In this document: in pieces, positions 39,601-54,600 of the stretch | Layout of the letters: each line of letters starts with the position of its first letter | Position numbering within the stretch: the first letter of the stretch is position 1 | NCBI GenBank assembly: GCA_965202585.1 | Contig: OZ241833.1 | Location: forward strand, 30,752,001 to 30,816,000 | Length of the DNA: 64,000 nucleotides | Source of the DNA: Thalia democratica | Taxonomy: Eukaryota | Reading direction: 5' to 3' | Program-made: the position numbers and the translations under genes | The notes under the pieces: generated by a model | Databases searched by the model: none | What the model was told of the DNA's origin: nothing | The model's input: the letters and a program-made list of their open reading frames with translations, nothing else

Positions 39601-42600
39601 CCGATCTCCAGCACGATCTCTTTCCAAGTGGACCCGAAGTCTCCCTGGATCTCGGCCATCAGGGAGGACACTCCTTCTTCGAACATCACGACCTCCAGCG
39701 TGCCCGGCGAGGATCCGGTCTGGTAAATCCAGAAGTGAAGCTGTAAGTAAAAGTGTGTGAAAATGTTTTAATTGGGATTAGTTTTAAGCTTTCAAACGGG
39801 TTTAAGTTTATGCAAGACTGTTGAGCGCGTGCCCTCGTTTTATTTAAACTTTTCGTTTGTGGCTAAACCGGTTTAACTAAAGAGCGGAAGCTGTAAGTTT
39901 ATGGATGTTTTTAACCAAACATAAGTTTTGTTTGCATATACACATAAGCTTAACATTATCGAATGTCAATTCTCATTTTATTCAAAGCTAATCCGTCATG
40001 ATCAAAGCTAAAGCTTAAAAATGAATGCAACGTTTGTACATTTCAATGAAACAATGAATTTTTTTTTGTGAATTTAAGAAATTTGTTACCTGGCAGGTTG
40101 GATGTGCGTAGTTGAACATGGGGCTGTCCAGCCTTGCCGCTTGCTGCGCGTAAGACACGATCCCCTTGTTGATGTAGAAGTAGTGTCCCGAAGATCCGCT
40201 CGTCGTGTGGTCGGATGTTGGCGATAACCTGGTGTGTTTGTTTGTTTTAAATAGTGGATGAGTACTTGATAATTTGTATTAAGTTTTAAATTTAATGCAG
40301 TCTGAACATGTTGTTTTATTTCTAAAAATGTTCACAAACCGATATTTGCATTCTAAAGCTTATAAGTTTTTTAAAATATTTTTAGTACATTCTTTTAAAT
40401 TATATTTCAAATCTTTGCATATTTTTTATTATTTTGATTTAAAACGTACCACGTCGTTATTAAGTTTGACTTTTTGTTTTAAACCATAAATTTGTTTATG
40501 TACAAAGTCGATTTATTAAAGAAAATATTTAAAACACAATCAAACCAACCCAGGATCGGCGTCTTTTCTGTCGGTGGCGACCCAATTAAAATCGTCGTTA
40601 GAGGTCGCTATTGACTCCTCCCATCCGCAGATTCCCCCGAATAAGTTCACAGGTTCGTCTTCCAAAGTGCAAGTTGCAGCTGTACAAAATGTTTGATAGT
40701 TTTGAATGTTTTGAAGTTTAAAACAATTATTGGTCGGGACTTTCAAATTTTCAAGTTATTTATTGTTTAGCTGTTAGGTAAAAGACATTAATGAAAAAAC
40801 TTCTAGTATTCCAAAAAAATGAAGTTAAAATTTAAAATATTTAGCACATAAAACTATTTCCAAAATACTATTTTTTTCTCTTGTAAAAATTATATTAAAA
40901 ATACTTTTTTGCTACACTTTAATACTAATAAAAGTGTAAATTAACTATACCATTGGAAAACCAGTGGGAAACAAATTCCGACCTTGACAAACATTAACAA
41001 ATTAGTAAATTTTTACACTTAAAAGACAATTTAACATAGAAGTACTAACGGCATTCTGTTTCATCGGATTTATCCGCGCAATCGAAAGTGAAGTCGCACT
41101 TCTTGTTGATGTCTATGCACACACCCGAAGACGGGTCGAACCCACAATAAAAACTCTGGGGCCCGCAAGGGGGTTGCGTGGGGTTTCCTCCCGTTCCCGG
41201 GTCGACGTTCGCCGATTTTACGCAACCTGAAAAAAATTAGTAAACTTTCAAAAATTTACCACTTTCAATCAAACAGTGTTTGTAAAAGCTTTTTAAACAG
41301 TGTTATTGAGTTGTGTTACTGGTTTGCTTAGTGGTAGTCATTTGTAAACTCTATAACAAGCTGTATCTCAAGTTAATCGTTAAAAATCACTTGAAAAAAG
41401 TTTAGTCAGATATACAAAGCTACCCTTATACCCTTAAAACTTTGTAGCATCAACAACAAAACAAAGTTAGCTTTTTCTAACCTTCACTGAAGGAAACGTC
41501 GTCAATGGCAATCACCCCGAAATTTTCCCCTTGAACGAGACCCTTCACTGTGACCTGGTAGTCAGTGGTTACGCCAGAGGGATCAATCAGAACACTCTGC
41601 CGGGTCCACTTCTGGGTCTGGTCCGCCATGACGGTCGCCTTTACCTGTTTCTGGCCACCGTCGCTAGGCAACACCGAGACCCTGAGGTACTGAACCGAGG
41701 AACCTTCAACGTAGGTGTAGAACCTGTAGAGTTTAAAAATAATTTAGTTCAGCTTATTGTGATTACTTTGATCATATGGTTGTATAATGGAATAAAAGAG
41801 ATTAAAAGTTTATTTTATTCTTAGAGCAAAAGTTTTTAGTAAATTTGTCAAGTTTAGTTATTGCATAAAAATGCAGTGTTTGTTTTTTTGTCAATTTTTT
41901 TTTTTTTTGATCTATTTTTATAGTTTGAAATAATAGCCAGTTCACTATACCAAAAACATTTATAGTGTTTATTTCATTGAATTACTTGAACTTTTTAAAT
42001 CATCAATCTCCAAACCTCAAGTAGCAGTTGCTTGATGTAGAGTCGAACAAGGAGCTGACGAGAGTCGCCTCTCCAACTGAGTTTTTATCGAGGTAGGCGT
42101 AATTTCCATTCCTGTTTCCCATCGTATGATCGAAACTTGGCACATTTTCGCTGGCAATTCCCAATTTCCACTCGGATGTTGCTGTTAATGTTCATTATAT
42201 TATTAAAATTAAGTATTAAAAGTACTCCAAGTTTCATAAAAATAGCAAGTAAGATATTAAATGTTTCTAAAATCATTGAATCAAGCTCAGCTCTGGTACT
42301 CAAATACGTTGTAAAATCAGTGTGTTTTTTTGCAAGTTAATAAATTTTATTTTAACTATTTTATAGTCTAGTGGTAGCTTTCTACAATATTCTTTTTTAA
42401 TTAGGACTGTGTTTAACTGTACAAGTTAATGTCAAAAAAACTTTGAGTTATTATCAAGCGAAATCATGTATTTAATTTATTTTTATTTGATTCAACAAAT
42501 ATGTTTTTGCTATGCCATAAACGCACAACAATCTTTTAAAAATTATTAAAACACAAGATTGCAAGCGTTCTTAACAATTTCACACACCTGTGGTTTGTGG

Positions 42601-45600
42601 TTTCTTCCAATCGCAGAAGTCCCTCTCGAAGTTGCACCTGCTGTAGCTGGCGCAGGTGAAGGACTCCTCGTCGGTCTGATCGCAGCAGTCGTAGTTGAAG
42701 TCGCACCAGTTCTCGCCCGGCACGCAGTTGCCGTTTCCGCATCTGAGTGAAATAAAAAGATTTACGTGATAGTTACATGTATTATTGTGAATATAAAAAA
42801 CGCCTAAATTAATGAAGTTCTCACTTGACACACAGTTGCCGTTTCCACATTTGAGTAAGAATGTTTTATTTACTGTATATACTGTATTACAATCATCGCA
42901 GTTTATTTCTTATTTTACCAAATTAACTGGTTGTTGTATTACTAAAACAAACACTAAAACTAAAAAAAATTGTATGTATTTTTTCATTCATTGAATTTCG
43001 TTAAAAAGAAAAAGAAACAGTCTTAATTGGTACTACAACATGGTATACATACAGTAACCCAGTTTGACATAAAAACACTTGTTTCTTAGTGTTTCTGGCA
43101 AGAAGGCTTCTCTTGTCTGTTTTTTGCAATTATGTTACATATTTTTTTTTCAACTTACTGTTTCTGGTTGGTAGGGCAGGTTTGAGGCGGGGTGTTCACC
43201 TGGGTATCGTCGGCACATGAAAGGAAGGCCACGTCGTCAATAGCAACCATACCAACCGCGTTGTTAGTTACCTCAACTTGGAAACTCAGCTGTAAATTAA
43301 CAAAGAAATTTTTAGACTTATAAAAAAACAGAACTAGACAATATAAATGTTTGCTTAAAAAAATTAGAATAACTATAGAACAGTACTAGTTTTAAACAAA
43401 AATAAAGACATAAGTACTTAAAGTTTTATACTTAAAATTAATATAAACCTAAGCTGGCTGTTAATATTCAATTTTCTAACGCTAAACTGTTTTCAACTGT
43501 TTTTTATAAATTTCAATTACAAGATAAAATAATCTTTTATCAAAACGCAACCAACCGTGAAGTCCCTCAAACAGGTCTGCAGGTCAACTCTGGCGTATTT
43601 CCAATCCGCGCTCGCGCCCTGCACACTGGCCTGCCAGTACTCCCTTGTCATCGTGCCCGACTTGGTGACCAGGTACACCTGGCCAACTTCACCGTACACG
43701 GAGTAGTAGAACTCGAAGCTGCAGGTCAGTCCCGACTGTTTGTAGGTGGGAGATAATAAGCTGGATACTTTGCCGGTGGATCCCGAAGGGACTTGAAGGA
43801 TCATGAAGGAACCTGAATATATATTTAAAAGTAAGTAAAAAATACTTATAGTTCCTAGTTTAAAATAATTGTTTGTAGTTAAGACAATTGGGATTTTAAG
43901 TCAAATGAAAACAAACGTAAGGTCTTTTTCAGTAGCTATGCTAGTGCATAAGCTATTTTCTGATGCCTAACATCTAGTGAAGTGTGTTGGCGTAAAATTT
44001 TATAAATCTACTACAAAAGTTTATTTTCAAATTGTTTAACCTTTAAAAGTTGTTGATTGGTATAAAAGTTATTTTCCGACCACTGGTATAACACTTTATG
44101 CGTTAAAACATAAATCAACTATGATACATATATTTTTTGTACTTTATAGGAATTTTAATTTTGTTGTTGTTACCTTGAGCACTTTGCAGTGTGTGGTCCG
44201 TCGAGGGTCCGCCCTGGCCAACCGGGTTGCTCTGCGCCCCCGTCTGCTGTTTCCACAGCAACATGCCGTTGTCAGGGTCGTTCTGCCACGCCTGAGTGCA
44301 TCCGGCATCCTCGAAGAAGCATTCGGACGGACAAGAAATTTCGTCAGAACCGTCGCCGCAGTCGTTCTGGTGAAAGGTGAAAAAAAGGTTTAAATTTTGA
44401 CTGGTGTTCTTTGAACAACTTTAAATGTTTTTGCACGTGAAACACACTTTTGTGGTTTTATATGTTACAAAAATAGTCAAAAAACTAAAAAGTAGTCAGA
44501 CACAATTACTTTTAGGAGAATTTTTTACTTTATTTTATTTTTTATAAAAACTGAAGATGAAGTTATACAAAAGTTTATGTTTTTTGAAAAAAAAATTTAT
44601 ACTTAATTTATATTTTATATATTTATCAACAACTTACACTGAAATCGCAGAACTTGGAAGTGTCCAAGCAGTACCCGTTTGTGCACGCCTGCGTGTCTAT
44701 GGGGCAGGGCAGTATCGCGTTGGGGTCCACGTGACAGCTTGGGGAGAGGCTGACGTCATCGATCGTAATAGTTGAGTAACTGTTAGTCATGCTCGATCGC
44801 GTGATTGCTATGACAACCTAAAATTATGGGTGGTTGGTCATAGAGTCTTTTAACGGTCAATTTATATTTGTTTCTATCAAAAAAAGTTTTTTTTAGTTTA
44901 TTTTAAGAACTACTACTAAGACATTGAAAGTATTGTAGGTTAAAATCGGCCCCTGCTATTCTTTAAAATTAAAAAATTCAAGTTTGCTTTGTTTTGCTAA
45001 TGAAAGTTTTAGAAGTTTTATATTTGATAAGCATATCGGTTAACTTTTCTACTTGACAACATAGTTTGTAAAATAAACTTGGAAGTATTGGCTGGATTGA
45101 AGAGGAACAGACTCGAAGTACCAATCGGGGTGATCAGAAGTTAATGTCTTTACAACCTTGTCTCCTCCCGTCTGTTAAACAGAATATATTTAAAGTAAGT
45201 AAATATTTTGTTTTGCTGCAAATTCTTTCATTTTTTTTTGATTATAGTAGTAAAAGTTTAACTTGCCCTTACAGTATAATGTGCTTTTTTTTAGTTCACA
45301 TGTTTATTTTTTTGGCAATTTTTTTTTTTAAACCGGCAATTATTGTCTAATGTAAAATCTAAAAGTACAAACTTTAGTTTATAACCGGCGAGTCTGTTTT
45401 AATTTAAAAAGCAAAAAAACAAAATTGTGTTAGTTACTTATTGATCTAATTTTATTTAATCTCTTGTTTTATCTCACCGCAGTCCTGATGATGATCTGAA
45501 CGGTACCGACGTCTTTAGCATTCATCGTCCTGTAAAACCTGATCTTGCAAGCGTCGTTTTTAACTGGAAGAATCACCGGTCCGTTGATGTAAGCCTAAGT

Positions 45601-48600
45601 TGCAAAAGTTTTTTAATTTAATGATCGTTAACTTGGGTTTATAATTTAATCTAGTTTACTACTATAGTTGTTTAAGTAAATTAGCTAGTTGCTAAAAATG
45701 TCTCGAGCAAGTTATTGCTCAATACTTTTATAGATTTTCTAACTTAATAAAAAGCAAAGTTATTTAACTTTAAAATTCAAAATTTCATAGCTATTTTCAA
45801 CTTATTAAAACATGCTTGCTTCTAATAGTTCATAGAAAATTATTCTATTGACAAAAAATACAAAAAAAAACTTGTACACATAGCAAAATATATCACCGGA
45901 AGTTATAAAAACAAACACTAACCACGGTGTTAACATTGGATGGAGATGATTGCGCGTACAAGTAAGCTCCGTTCACATTATTGTTATGGTCGTTCATTGG
46001 TCCGTTCTGAGATATTCCCCTCTGTATTTGAAGTGTGTTGCTATCATCCAACGTCCACGAGCACAAACCCGTATTGAAGTTGCAAGCTCTGTAAGTTGTT
46101 TACTTTTTGTTTACAAGTATTTAAAAACATAACTGATTGTAGGTATTAAAACTAGTTTAAATAAGCTTTTTCAATCAGCCAACACTTAGAACAAACTACT
46201 ATATTTTTGTTTTAAATTGTTTATTTTTTATTTTATGCTTAAACCATACTTTTTACTTCAAAATGTTTATTTTCTTTTAGTCAACACACTTTCAACTGAC
46301 CTTAATCCTCGCTTTACAAGTAATACTGCAAATGTTTTGACAAGTATCTTATTAGTAAAAATATCAATTCACACTCACTGATAATCGGGACACATTTCGT
46401 CGCTGCCATCGCTGCAGTCTTCAACGAAATCGCACTGAGAATCCAGCGACACGCAGCTCCCATCGCTGACGCACTGCCATTGGTCGAAACCGCAGTTTCC
46501 GCCGCCGCCGCCCGAGGGCGTGCCGGAGTTGCAGTTAGTGAACGTGATATCGTCCACCGCGATGTTGGCTGCAAAATAGATTTTGCTTTTTTAAAAAAAA
46601 TTTGCTTTGTATAGATTTATTGGTAGTTTCAAAGTCTAGGTTGTGCTTGACTTATTACAACTATAAAGAAGCTTTTATAATTTCGGCAAAAAATTAATAT
46701 TTTTGACAGTTATTTAAAAGTTATGACTTTTAAGTTGTTTTGAATTAAACCTACTGCTAACTTTTCAAAAAAAAGACCTCTTTTAATTTTTACAAAGATT
46801 TAGCTTTGAAAAGCTTCTATAAGTTTGACAAAAAAAAATGAAAATAATTAAATCTTAAAGAAAAGTTTGAGACATTTTAAAACTTAATATGTCATAACTT
46901 CTTAATTTAACGAAAGTAAGTAAACGCTTCTGTTACAGTTCAAAACAGACACATTTTTATCAACAAAAAAAACCTCCAGAGTTTCCGTGGTAGGCTTCGA
47001 ACACGAGTATCCACCCGAAGTCCTGGGATCCCACCTGAACTCCCGCGTTCGTCCACTGGTTGCCAGTCGGTTGCGTCATCTCCCACACTTTCTGTTGTTT
47101 GAAGATGCGTTTGTTTAATTCTCAATGTTAAAATATAAACTTATTGGTGAATTTTACAGTTTCGAAAATTTTTATGGATACATAAACTACGCAAAAATAA
47201 AAAAAATTTCTACTGTAATTTTTTTATTTAATACACCGAGTCAAGTTAGAAGATTGGAATCTGTAGAATTTGTTAGTGTTTAAAATACTATTAATTTTCC
47301 TTTAACTAGTTTGTGAAGTAAACTTAACAATTTCTTTCAGTAGCTAAATTCATATATAAAGTTTTTGTATTTTGGAACAAGTTTTACTAACTTAAGCAGA
47401 GTTGTTGGATTTTTCAAATATTCCATTAAAAAGGACTAATCAACCAAAGTGTTTAAAAACGTGTTTAGTTTTAAAAACATAAACAAAATTTTTATATGTT
47501 AAAAAAATATTAACACTAACAGACGAAGTGTCAGTTCCTGACAACAGCAGCGACAGTTTCGCGTCGAAACTTTGAGAACCGGAACTCTGGTACATGTAGT
47601 ACCAGAACGACACCTGGCAGGACGTGGCAGCCCTGCCCAAAAGCGGGCTGGTCAGGTGGGCGTAGTTCATGAAGTCCCCTTGGCCCGGGTCGACGAACAT
47701 GTAGTAGCCTGTGGTGTGGACAGTTAGTTTGTTGTTGTGTCAATGCTATGACGTGATACTATAATATATTTTGTTACGGCTTTATATGTTACGGCAATAT
47801 ATAATAATGCCGTAACAGTCGGCTTGTGAATAAATAAATATGGATAAATATACAAATTATGTATACTTCTTATACTCTTTAAAAAAACACGAAACGCTTC
47901 TTAATTTTATTGTTGTGTTGTTTTATTTTTTAAATATATATTTTTACAAATATTGAAAAGTTCAACGCTCGTTACAGTTCAAGGTGACAAAAATCATTCA
48001 GTTGATAAAAAACAGCATAAAAATGTTTCATTAACGAGTGATGATATAACTAAAGAACTATAAAACAAAAGTTTAACGTTTTAAATGATTATTTAAGTCT
48101 ATAAATTTCATGTCTTTAGTAGAAAATTTTTTATGCACAGATAAACAGGAAGAATTTCCACAATCAGATTAGTAACTTAATCGTTATTTATTTTTTTACA
48201 AACCGCTTCCTGAAGTGTGGTCGCCGTTCGGTCCGCTCGTAGTAGGGGAACTCCCCACACCGGATATCCTGTCCCACATGTACAGCCCCGAGCTGTCGTC
48301 ATGCCAACTGCAGGTCCCCAGCTCAAAATCGCACGCCCCGCAATCCACCTCGTCCGCGCCGTTCACACAGTCCTGGAATCCTAAAAATTAAAAAAAATCT
48401 TCAACATTCAGCTTTGCACTGAGGAGTATGAATGTTTCGTACCAGCAATAAACAATTGAGCGAAACACTACCCGTGTAATATGAACCATGTAGTGAAGTT
48501 GATTGGGTGTTAGTAAAACAAAAACTCAAAACTTATTCAGGTATAAACTGTGATAAAAACCTAGTTGTTATAAAGTAATAAACTTTAACTATTGGCACCA

Positions 48601-51600
48601 ATGTATTACCAGATTTTAAAACGAAAACGCTAAAGTTAAATTTATGATCTCGCAAGCAATTGTTCCAAATATATATTTTTTCAAAACGAACCGTCGCATC
48701 TTCGGTCGTTGCTGACGCACGCCCCGTCTCCGCAGTGGAACTGGGAATCCCCGCCTGGGCACGGGGACTGCGTCGTCGTGGCAACCGTGGTGCCGGGCGG
48801 CAACTGGGTCTGGGTGGACAGCCTGCACCCGTCCGTGAGCGAGATGTCGTCGATGGCCAGGTCGCCCAAGTTCGAGTTGGGGGTTTTCCCTTCGATTCTC
48901 AGCTGTAAAGTTGTTTGTTTAGTAAATAAGTTACTAACAATTACTAAAGCACTTTTAAAATTCGTGTTATTTGTTTGAATTAAAACGATCTAAAATTCAA
49001 ACGTAGTTTTCAGCCATTCTAACAACAGGACACATAAAAACTTTTGACAAAACATTCAAATCGGGGAAATCACCTGCCACGGCCTGCCGACTTCGGCGTT
49101 CACTTTGAACCTGGCGGTCCCCCACGCCGATCCCTTGTCGCCCGACTTGGTCCACAGCTTGGTCCACGGGCCGCCGTTCTCGTACCTGAGGTAGACCTTG
49201 AGGGACTTGACGTCCTCGCCGTACATGTGGTAGTTCATCAGCAGCTTGCACGTTTCCACGTTGACGGTTTCCAGCAGCGGGCTCAACAGGCTGGCCAGCT
49301 CGTCTTTGTAAATAAAAATGCAACAGTTAAAATAAACGTTTGTTGCATAATTTGTTTAGAACATATTTTGTTTTATTGTTTACGGTTTTTATAGAAAAAA
49401 ATTATTTAATAATACAAATACTGTTGATTTTAAGTCTGCAAAAAGCTTGCTTCAATTGGCGCAAACAAACTACTTAACTTTACAAAGACAAAGGAAAAGT
49501 TTCGCATTACTAAAATACACCACATGAGTTACTAAAAGTATTTTATCCCCCGCTTAAAGCTCAAACTTTTAGTTTAATAAAAACAACTTACCCGTACCAT
49601 ACGCAGCTTTTGCGTATTTTAAAGTAAATATAAAAAAAAACACTGACTGCTCTTCTGATTTCCCGAATCGAGGAACATGAAGTGGCCGTCCCTGGTGAAG
49701 GTGGTGTGGTCCACGCACGGTCCCGTGTCGGGCCTGCACCTCAGCCCCGACGACCTCGTCCAATCGAACTCGTCCTCGGTCGATTGCGACCAATCGCAGG
49801 CTTCTATTTCGAAGTCGCACCTGGCCGGGTACGCGTCGCAAGCTGTTGGGGAATTTATATAATGTTAGTTACGTCATAATGCTGGAATTTTACAACTCAT
49901 AATGTTCGTTGCAAGTGAGGTTTTGTGCAAAATTTGAAGTATTTTTGATTCTATGTTTAAATTTCAAAATTGCTTACAAACAAAGTAGAAAAACTCATTT
50001 AAGCAATGTCCAAATTTGTGGTTGCATTATGCAAAATCATGAAAAATCTTAGGTAGGTAGTTCTAAACAATCATATTAAACTTGATTTTACATACCTTTT
50101 TAAATAACAAGCATTAAAAAGTGCGACAAATAAGTAGGGCCAACAAAACTGTAATTAATAAGCTTACTGACTTCGTTTAAAGTTTCAGAACTAGATTTAT
50201 AACTAAAGCAAGTTGTAAAAAAACTTCAGAGATAAATAAAAAATTACATGTATGTTACATCCTAGTGAATTAAAACTGATGACAAATTACATTTTTCGTC
50301 GGAAAAGTCGCCGCAGTCGTCAATAAAGTCGCACTTTCTATTTTTCTCGATACATGCTCCGTTGTCGCAAGTAAATTTGTCGTTAGGGCAGGTCGTTTTT
50401 ATTAGCGGTTTTCCGCAGTCGTTGAAAGAGATGTCGTCAATTGCAATGTCACCTAAGAAAATAAAAAATTGATGAGTTTTGATAAATTTAATCTTAATCT
50501 AAAGATTAAAAAACATTTTTTTTTAAGTCCACTAGGAACAAAAGACTGAGTAGAACATAGCTAAGAGTAACAAAAATTCAAATTTTAATTTTTGAAAACT
50601 TAAAAACAATGAGCTACGAAAGTTTGTAGCAAAAATAACAACTCGCTAAGAAAACAATCGAGTTCACGAAGAATCACTTTTTTAGATTTATCAAATAAAC
50701 TGATACATTTACAATACAAAAGTTAATCATGTGGGTATAAATATTTTTTTGTGATATAAAAATAAATAAAAAATTACAAGTGATTACCTAGCACGTCGTA
50801 GCTCCTGATGGCGGAAATGTCGATTTGGAACGGTTTCTCGTTCACGCCGATCGGCACTATCGCCTGCAGCCACTCGTCGGCCTGGTTTCCGACCAATGAG
50901 AACACGATGTTGTCGATCCCGCCAATCAGCTTGCTCACCTGTGCGAAGGAAAAATTTAAAACATACCCGTAAACAAATTATAGAAGATTTTTAATTAATG
51001 GTGATTTATAACGTATTTAAAGACAAAGAGTTAAATTCAAACCACTTTCACTTAAACATTTAAGTTTTTAAACCAAAACTTTAAATATCAAATATTTATC
51101 AATAAGTTCTCTGCCGAGCTTGTTCGGAACAAAACTTCAAACGAAACAAAGTTCCATCAAAAAACTTTGCACGGTGACGAACCTGCAGGGAGCCGATGTG
51201 GTCACCCGACATGTGGTAGTAGAAGGTGACCTCGCATTTGCTTCCGCTAGACGGTATCAGAGGGCTGATGTACCTGGCCCTGCTGCCCGACACGCCGTCG
51301 TCCGCATCCACGTACAAGTATTTGCCGGTACCAGTGGTGTGGTCCGATGTCGGTCCTGTCGGAAGTGTGATGAAAATTATAATGTTTGTTTCAGACTTGT
51401 TGCCACTCGTTCTTTGTGTATTTAATCTTTTCATATGAAAATTGTTGATGTTGGAATTTATCTTGAACTCATACAAAGAACTTGGCTTTTCAATTCTGTT
51501 TTTATTTGAAAACAGGCAGAATTTTAGTGTTAATCAAAATGTTTTATTTCTAGTTCTAGTTTGATCGGTGAAAAAAAATTAAGTAATATTAGTTGTAAAC

Positions 51601-54600
51601 AAAACTAAATTAAAAACCAGTGTTTCCAGTGGAAGTCTGTCCTGACCCGATCACCCATCTGAACAAACCGTCAGAAGAATCGTCGCTCCAGCTGCACGGG
51701 TACGAATCGAAATCGCACTCGTATCTGTGATAAGTTTGAAAGTTGCACGATATGAAGTTACAAGTTTTATGTTTTCAAATACACAGCTAAAACATGAACA
51801 ACATTTTTTTTAAATGTATCTCAAGTGTGATTTTATTTCAATTTAACGCGACTTTAAAGAAACTTAATTGTATGAAATTAGAAAAAAGTTGTTTGCTATG
51901 TTTTTGTATCTTTAGTAAAGTTAGGACTACAACTAATTTAGTTTTGTTTCAGATTCAACCTAATTACAACGAGTTTGACTCAAATAAACTGCGTAAACTG
52001 TTGTTTTGAACAATTTGTATTTTAAAACCAGTAAAATATTTTTTTTAATAAAGTGTCCCAACTATGACGTCACAACGAACCCGCAATCTTGTTCGTCGAC
52101 GTCACCGTTGTCGGGACAGTCCACGGTGAAGTCGCACACCTGGGACTTGCTGATGCACTTTGAAGTTTCCGGGTTGCTTGGGTCGCAGTAGAAGTTGCAT
52201 GGGGACGGGGTGGAGGGGACGTAACCACAGTAACCGTCCGTTACCATGATGTCGTCCAATCCTATGTCGGCTGTTTGAATTCATGGTGTGATTAAACAAA
52301 GTAAGTTTCTAAAATTGATTGATAATACCAGTCTTTAACAGTAGTAATTTAAAATGTGTTTTTAGTACGTACAACTTCCCACATTACAAAATCAACCGAA
52401 TATATAATCATAGCAAGCGGTAGTAAAATTTTAAAACAACCTAAATGTTTTTTAATTAAATTTATCTTTTTAACTTTGAACAAAAAGCTAAAATGAAAAT
52501 AAAACTTGAACCGCAATGTAGAGTTCTGGCGTTCTAAACCAAGTTAATCAGTATTTGTCGATAAGCGTCTTTTAAAATTCATTTTTTTTTACCATAATTT
52601 TTTTAACTCAGGTAAACTAATAGAACTAAGCTGTTAAAAATATTTTCAAATCAAAAACAAAAATTCCCCCAAACCGTAATGCGAGGTTCCGACGTATCCC
52701 TGGATCCTGATGACGTACTCCTCGTTGTCGGTGACGTTGTTGGGGAGATCAACCAAGGCTTCCACCCAAATGTCCCCGTACGTGTCCCTCTCCTCCCACA
52801 ATAAATAATTTTGATCTGAAGACCAGTACTGGTACACCTCCAGTCCGCCCACTTCTTCCGGCTTGTTTGTCTGGTTTTTTATATGAAACATGAGTATTTT
52901 GTATGAAACATGAGTATTTTGTATGAAACATGAGTATTTTGTATGAAAAATGAGTATTTATATGAAACATGAGTATTTTATATGAAACTTGAGTATTTTA
53001 TATGAAATATGAACATTCTGCATCACTAAATCGATCTCCTTTACTTTAACTTTTTAACTCCGTACAGAGCACATTAAGGTGCAGTAAACCTGTTTAAAAG
53101 AGCAAAACTTGGCCAAGTTAATTTAAATACTTATAGTATTTTTTAACCATTTGTTTCAAACCAAGTTGGCTTAATATTCTTTGAATAAAAACTTTGTCAG
53201 TGAGATTTTGTTTTTGTTTACAGGCAAATAGTTCAGTATAAGCAAACTCATTTTTGTATGGAAACTTAGTTTTAAAAATGAGAAATGTTCAAATGCATCA
53301 CACTCAACATCTGATTGCCTTTTTAACTCAGTTCTGACCATAATAATGTAGGATGATTAAATTTAACTTGTTTGTCTGTTTGTTATGAGAATATGAGTGA
53401 CTAAAGGTATTGTTTTTCGATCGTCTCCTCTATTTGTTCATCTTAGTATAAAAGGAAGTGCTGCGGAGTGAAGCGATTGCAAAAATTAAATGATAATTTA
53501 AAAAGTTTTTATACTGGATTTCATTTCACTTTGATCACTTGACTTTAATTGGCCGTAAGGCGAATTGACTTATGAGTCTTTAGATAAACAAGCTTATTTT
53601 AAATTCAAACAAAACTAACATATATGTTGTAGAAGAACTGTAGACATCTTGGCGTGGACCCATCAAATCTTACTGAGAACAATCTCGTCATGTCTCCATA
53701 GTTTTGCGGATCGGACGCTTCCAAAAGTAAGTATGTTCCTGTAAGTATTAATAAAAGCTTAAAAACTATTTTTTACACATCAAGTTTTTATTAAGGGACA
53801 AAATCAAACTTTACAGCGCTTGTTTTCTTATAAAAATTAAAAACTTTAAAGAATTTTTTTGTTTTTATAAAGCTATCTCAAAATTAGGCTGTTAACAATA
53901 GAGTAACTAAAACACTGGTGATAAAACCGGTTGACAAAATGAATAAAAATTTTATTAAAATTTTTATCCACGACTGGTTATAACTAAAGTATAGAAGACA
54001 GTTAATATTGTTCGGTAACCCCCCTAAACAACAACTTACCGTAGGGGGTGCCGAAGGTGTGGTCAGTCGAGGGTCCGGTGTTAGAGGACATGGTCTCGCC
54101 TTGAGCCAGCAGCCAATCAAAATCGTCCGTTTCCTCCGAGTTCTGCCACGTGCACAGGCCGTTCTCGAAATCGCAGCTTCCCAACGGCGGGCATTTCCCC
54201 GGAACGATGGTGACGTCGTCGAGGGCAATGTGGTAGTCCGAACCAATCGCGGCTTCGAACACGACCTGTGAAGGGAGGTTGTTCGATCGTCAAACAAGTT
54301 TAGTAAGTTGTTAAAATGATTAGTTTAAATTGAAAGTTGAAAGATGCTTGCAAGCCAATGGGCATCACCCGTGTGATAGATGAATTCCCATCTAGATTTT
54401 GCAACGAAGTTTTATGAAAAAAAAACAAGGTTTTTACTTGAGAAACTTAATTTTTGAGGTTACAAAGTATAGTTAGTAAATGCATATAATAAGTACTACG
54501 TTTCGTGTACTCTGTGAAATTTAGACAACTTCTTCAAAAATTTAAACAGAGTTTTGTGTTTCAACCAACCTTGAAAGAAGTGAACGTGCTGATTGAAACT

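Noticed and set aside
47709-47720. Intron end tccacaccacag|GC resembles coding DHTT-G
   Set aside because: Too short to distinguish from the general A/C-rich acceptor style.
47772-47817. 10-bp hairpin tgttacggca/tgccgtaaca with an extra tgttacggc copy (Helitron/Helentron-like end)
   Set aside because: No CTRR terminus or matching other end could be found.
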